From: Octopus bimaculoides
Lineage: Eukaryota
Assembly: GCF_001194135.2 (NCBI RefSeq)
Contig: NC_068989.1
Span: 67,076,671-67,116,096, forward strand
Reading direction: 5' to 3'
DNA: 39,426 nucleotides
Positions 36,940 to 39,426 of the stretch are shown piece by piece (position 1 is the first letter of the stretch; each line of letters opens with the position of its first letter). Made by a program: the position numbers and the translations under genes. The notes beneath the pieces are model-generated. The model did not search any database. It worked only from the letters and a program-made list of their open reading frames with translations, and was not told the DNA's origin.

Positions 36940-37338
36940 GCACAGATATGGCTGTGTGGCAAGAAGCTTGCTTCCCAACCACATGGTCTCAGGTTCAGTC
37001 CCATTGTGTGGAACCTTGGGCAAGTGTCTTCTACTATAGCTTTGAGCCAACTAAAGCCTTGTGTGTGGATTTGGTAGACAGAAACTGAAACAAACCCATC
37101 ATGTGTGTATATACATATATAAACACACCAACACTGGTTGTCAAGAAGTGGTGGAAGACAAATACAGATATATATATGATGGGGTTCTTTCAGTTTCTGC
37201 CTACCAAATCCACTCACAAGGCTTTGATCAGCTTAAGGCTATAGTAGAAGACACTTTCCCAAGGTGCCACACAATGGGACTGAACCCGGAACCATGAGGT
37301 TAGGAAGCAAGCTTCTTACCACATACCCATGCCTGTAC
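36940..37338. mobile_element. Two SINE family 1 heads in inverted, tail-to-tail orientation
   Basis: Plus head 36940-37100 and minus copy 37120-37338; ~160-bp complementary arms separated by ~75 bp. Confidence 0.85.
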
Positions 37339-37644
37339 CTAGAACATATATAAACAGGGCTAATTAAGCTATTTCTCCGTAGATTGAAAACTGATGAACA
37401 GCCTTTCTCGATTTCTAAAACTTATTTCTCATCAGAGGTGCTCACATCAATTTCACCAAATCCAATGTACATTAATATCATATCAATATTGCTGCAGCAG
37501 TAAAAAAACAACATATATATTCAAAATGCAAAGTGTAAAGCACATTTGTCAGATATATATAACCAAAAATATGTTTATTAAAATGATGTTTATTTTTTTT
37601 CTTTTTTTTTTATAGATTTAGAAAATAAATTGGAAGTGGTTAGG

Positions 37645-38636
37645 TTAGGAAATAATAGATAATTTAGCATAACGATAGTCTAATGATTTAATACTTCTGA
37701 CCAAAATTATAGATTTGGAATTTGGTAACAGCTCTTCCAAACCAACTAAAGAACAAAATCCAATGCCAACACCAGAAGCCTTTAAAAAAGAGTATCTCCC
37801 TGTTGTAAGAAATCCAATAATCTTTCGTGATGTACTTGACAATGGAAGTAACTGACCCGTCCCATTTTTTAGTTGGGCTTCACACAATCTTGATGGCTTT
37901 GTTATTTTCTTTTCTTCACATTCTTTGCTCTCTCTTTTGACTTTGTGTAGTGGTTCTTTAACATCTGCTGCTTTCTGAGATTTCAGATTTACAAGATCCC
38001 TTTTCAAGGGCACACAAATCATTGAACAGTGCTCTGGAACCCCTTTAGATATCATTTCTACAATTACTGGTACTATGGCCTGCTTGTAAAAACCATCTCC
38101 AACAAAATGTTTTGAAATTTTCAATTTGGAATCATTAGTAGATGATATTAATCTACTTAGAGCAATTAGTTTTTTACGGTCTCTCAACACACAAAACTTC
38201 TGAATGATGTCTTTATTTAGTCCTTGTACCAAGGAAAGATAATCCGTATAAAAAGGAATGGGAATGCCAAGCCGCTCAAAATTGGGTCGCTTACTTGGTG
38301 GTCGTTGCATATAAACCTCCAGTTTGTTTGTTTGTATCACAGACATTTCAGCAAGTCCAGCATCTGTATCGGGATAGTCAAATGGAAAATATAACTCCCC
38401 TACTTCTAATGATGTCCGATAGGCTTCAGAAAGAGCACCCACCTGAGCACCTTGATACACTAGAGCTATCCAAAATGCCATTCCCCATCCAGCCGGAAGT
38501 ATGATGTCACAGCCGTTTCCAAGCCGAGGGTTTGCAAAAGTAGACTTACAAGGCTGATGTAATGACTGTATTCCTGGTCTCTGAATTAAAAGCATTGGAA
38601 TTCGAGATGAAGAATCTAGAAGATGCAACTGATAAC
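37645..38636 (-). CDS. POP1: Terminal coding exon of ribonuclease P/MRP protein subunit POP1 (POPLD domain plus C-terminal domain)
   Basis: Motifs IPMLLIQRPG, GWGMAFWIALVYQG, FPFDYPDT, RPPSKRPNF..LG and the C-terminal IIGFLTTGRYS...GIGF...ILVRS...YRYA match POP1. The ORF-track Met at 38679 is intronic; the exon starts after the acceptor ttttctgtttcag|GT at 38636. AATAAA signals lie on the minus strand at 37574-37579 and 37589-37594. Confidence 0.95.
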
Positions 38637-39426
38637 CTGAAACAGAAAATATATAAATCAATATTTTTCTAAAAGCCATTTTAAAATGTTAGCAAAAATT
38701 TATATTTTAAGCATAGAATACATATGACAGTTCAATAAAAACACACACAGTCTGATGTATGTAAAGTAATGGTTGTATGTGACTTAGAAGTTTCTCAACT
38801 ATGTTGCTTTGAGCTCAATCTCACCGCACAACACCTTGGCTTTTTTCTTTATAGACCTAGTTTAACCAATACCTTGTGATGGAATTTCATAGATGAAAAC
38901 TGAAAGGTGTGAATGTGTGTGAACATTTAGAATCTGCACTGAGCTGCATACAGAGAAAATTAAATCAAGACAATCATAAAGGAGAATGGAGGATTATACA
39001 TCTCCAAAAATTTATTTATTGAAGCATTATTCTCCTCAAATTCCAATCCAACACGTTTCTGCTAGATAAGTGCCCTAGCATCCTTTGACACAATTTTAAG
39101 AGAATTAGAGAATTCACTGGTAGGAACCTAATAAGCACAAATAATAGAACTAACATAAATAGTAATGATATGACTGGTTATAACAACAACTACGTGGATA
39201 TGTAGAATATAAATATGTGTCTCCCGGAACCCATCTAGTGGCCTTGGCCATAGTCTCCCCTACATTTGGGTAGCGCATAAAGTTTGAGTAATGTTTGCAG
39301 GTTGTAGGTACTGTTTTGCTTATGAATTCTTCCAATTGCAAGTTTTCTTTTCAGGTACACGACACTGCTTTTCCCCTTCCCAGGCTACAGGCCCACACCC
39401 CCAACACCCATACTGTTAGGATTGGC

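Noticed and set aside
38637-38679. Met at 38679 as the start of a standalone 344-aa gene
   Set aside because: POP1 homology begins right after a strong acceptor at 38636. The first 14 codons are intronic polypyrimidine tract.
39150-39426. Possible upstream POP1 exon
   Set aside because: The minus-strand frames I checked contain stops and no POP1-like residues. It looks like an unclassified GC-richer repeat within the intron.
1-39426. CRISPR arrays, prokaryotic operons or defence systems
   Set aside because: The window is eukaryotic (spliced genes, SINEs, LINEs), and I saw no regularly spaced repeat-spacer array.

Overview
AT-rich, repeat-dense eukaryotic DNA, most consistent with an Octopus (coleoid cephalopod) short-read assembly: the tRNA-headed SINE families look octopus-type, and most N-gaps sit next to (TA)n tracts. 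I can support three protein-coding segments. (1) The last coding exon of SIRT4 (+, 1559-1705). (2) A single-coding-exon gene for a 137-aa single-pass membrane protein (-, 4979-5392). Its TM and juxtamembrane segment aligns without gaps to vertebrate KCNE (MinK) K+ channel beta subunits, and this is the most interesting item in the window. (3) The last coding exon of POP1, an RNase P/MRP subunit (-, 37645-38636). The ~32 kb between the last two is mostly decayed mobile DNA: SINEs, RTE/CR1/R4-Dong LINE fragments, a Penelope-like RT fragment, an internally deleted mariner with TIRs and TA TSDs, piggyBac-type MITEs, Helentron-like pieces, fold-back repeats and microsatellites. One AT-rich island there retains its CpGs and carries a duplicated E-box. 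All family assignments come from remembered motifs, not database searches, and repeat boundaries are approximate (about +/-10-20 bp).
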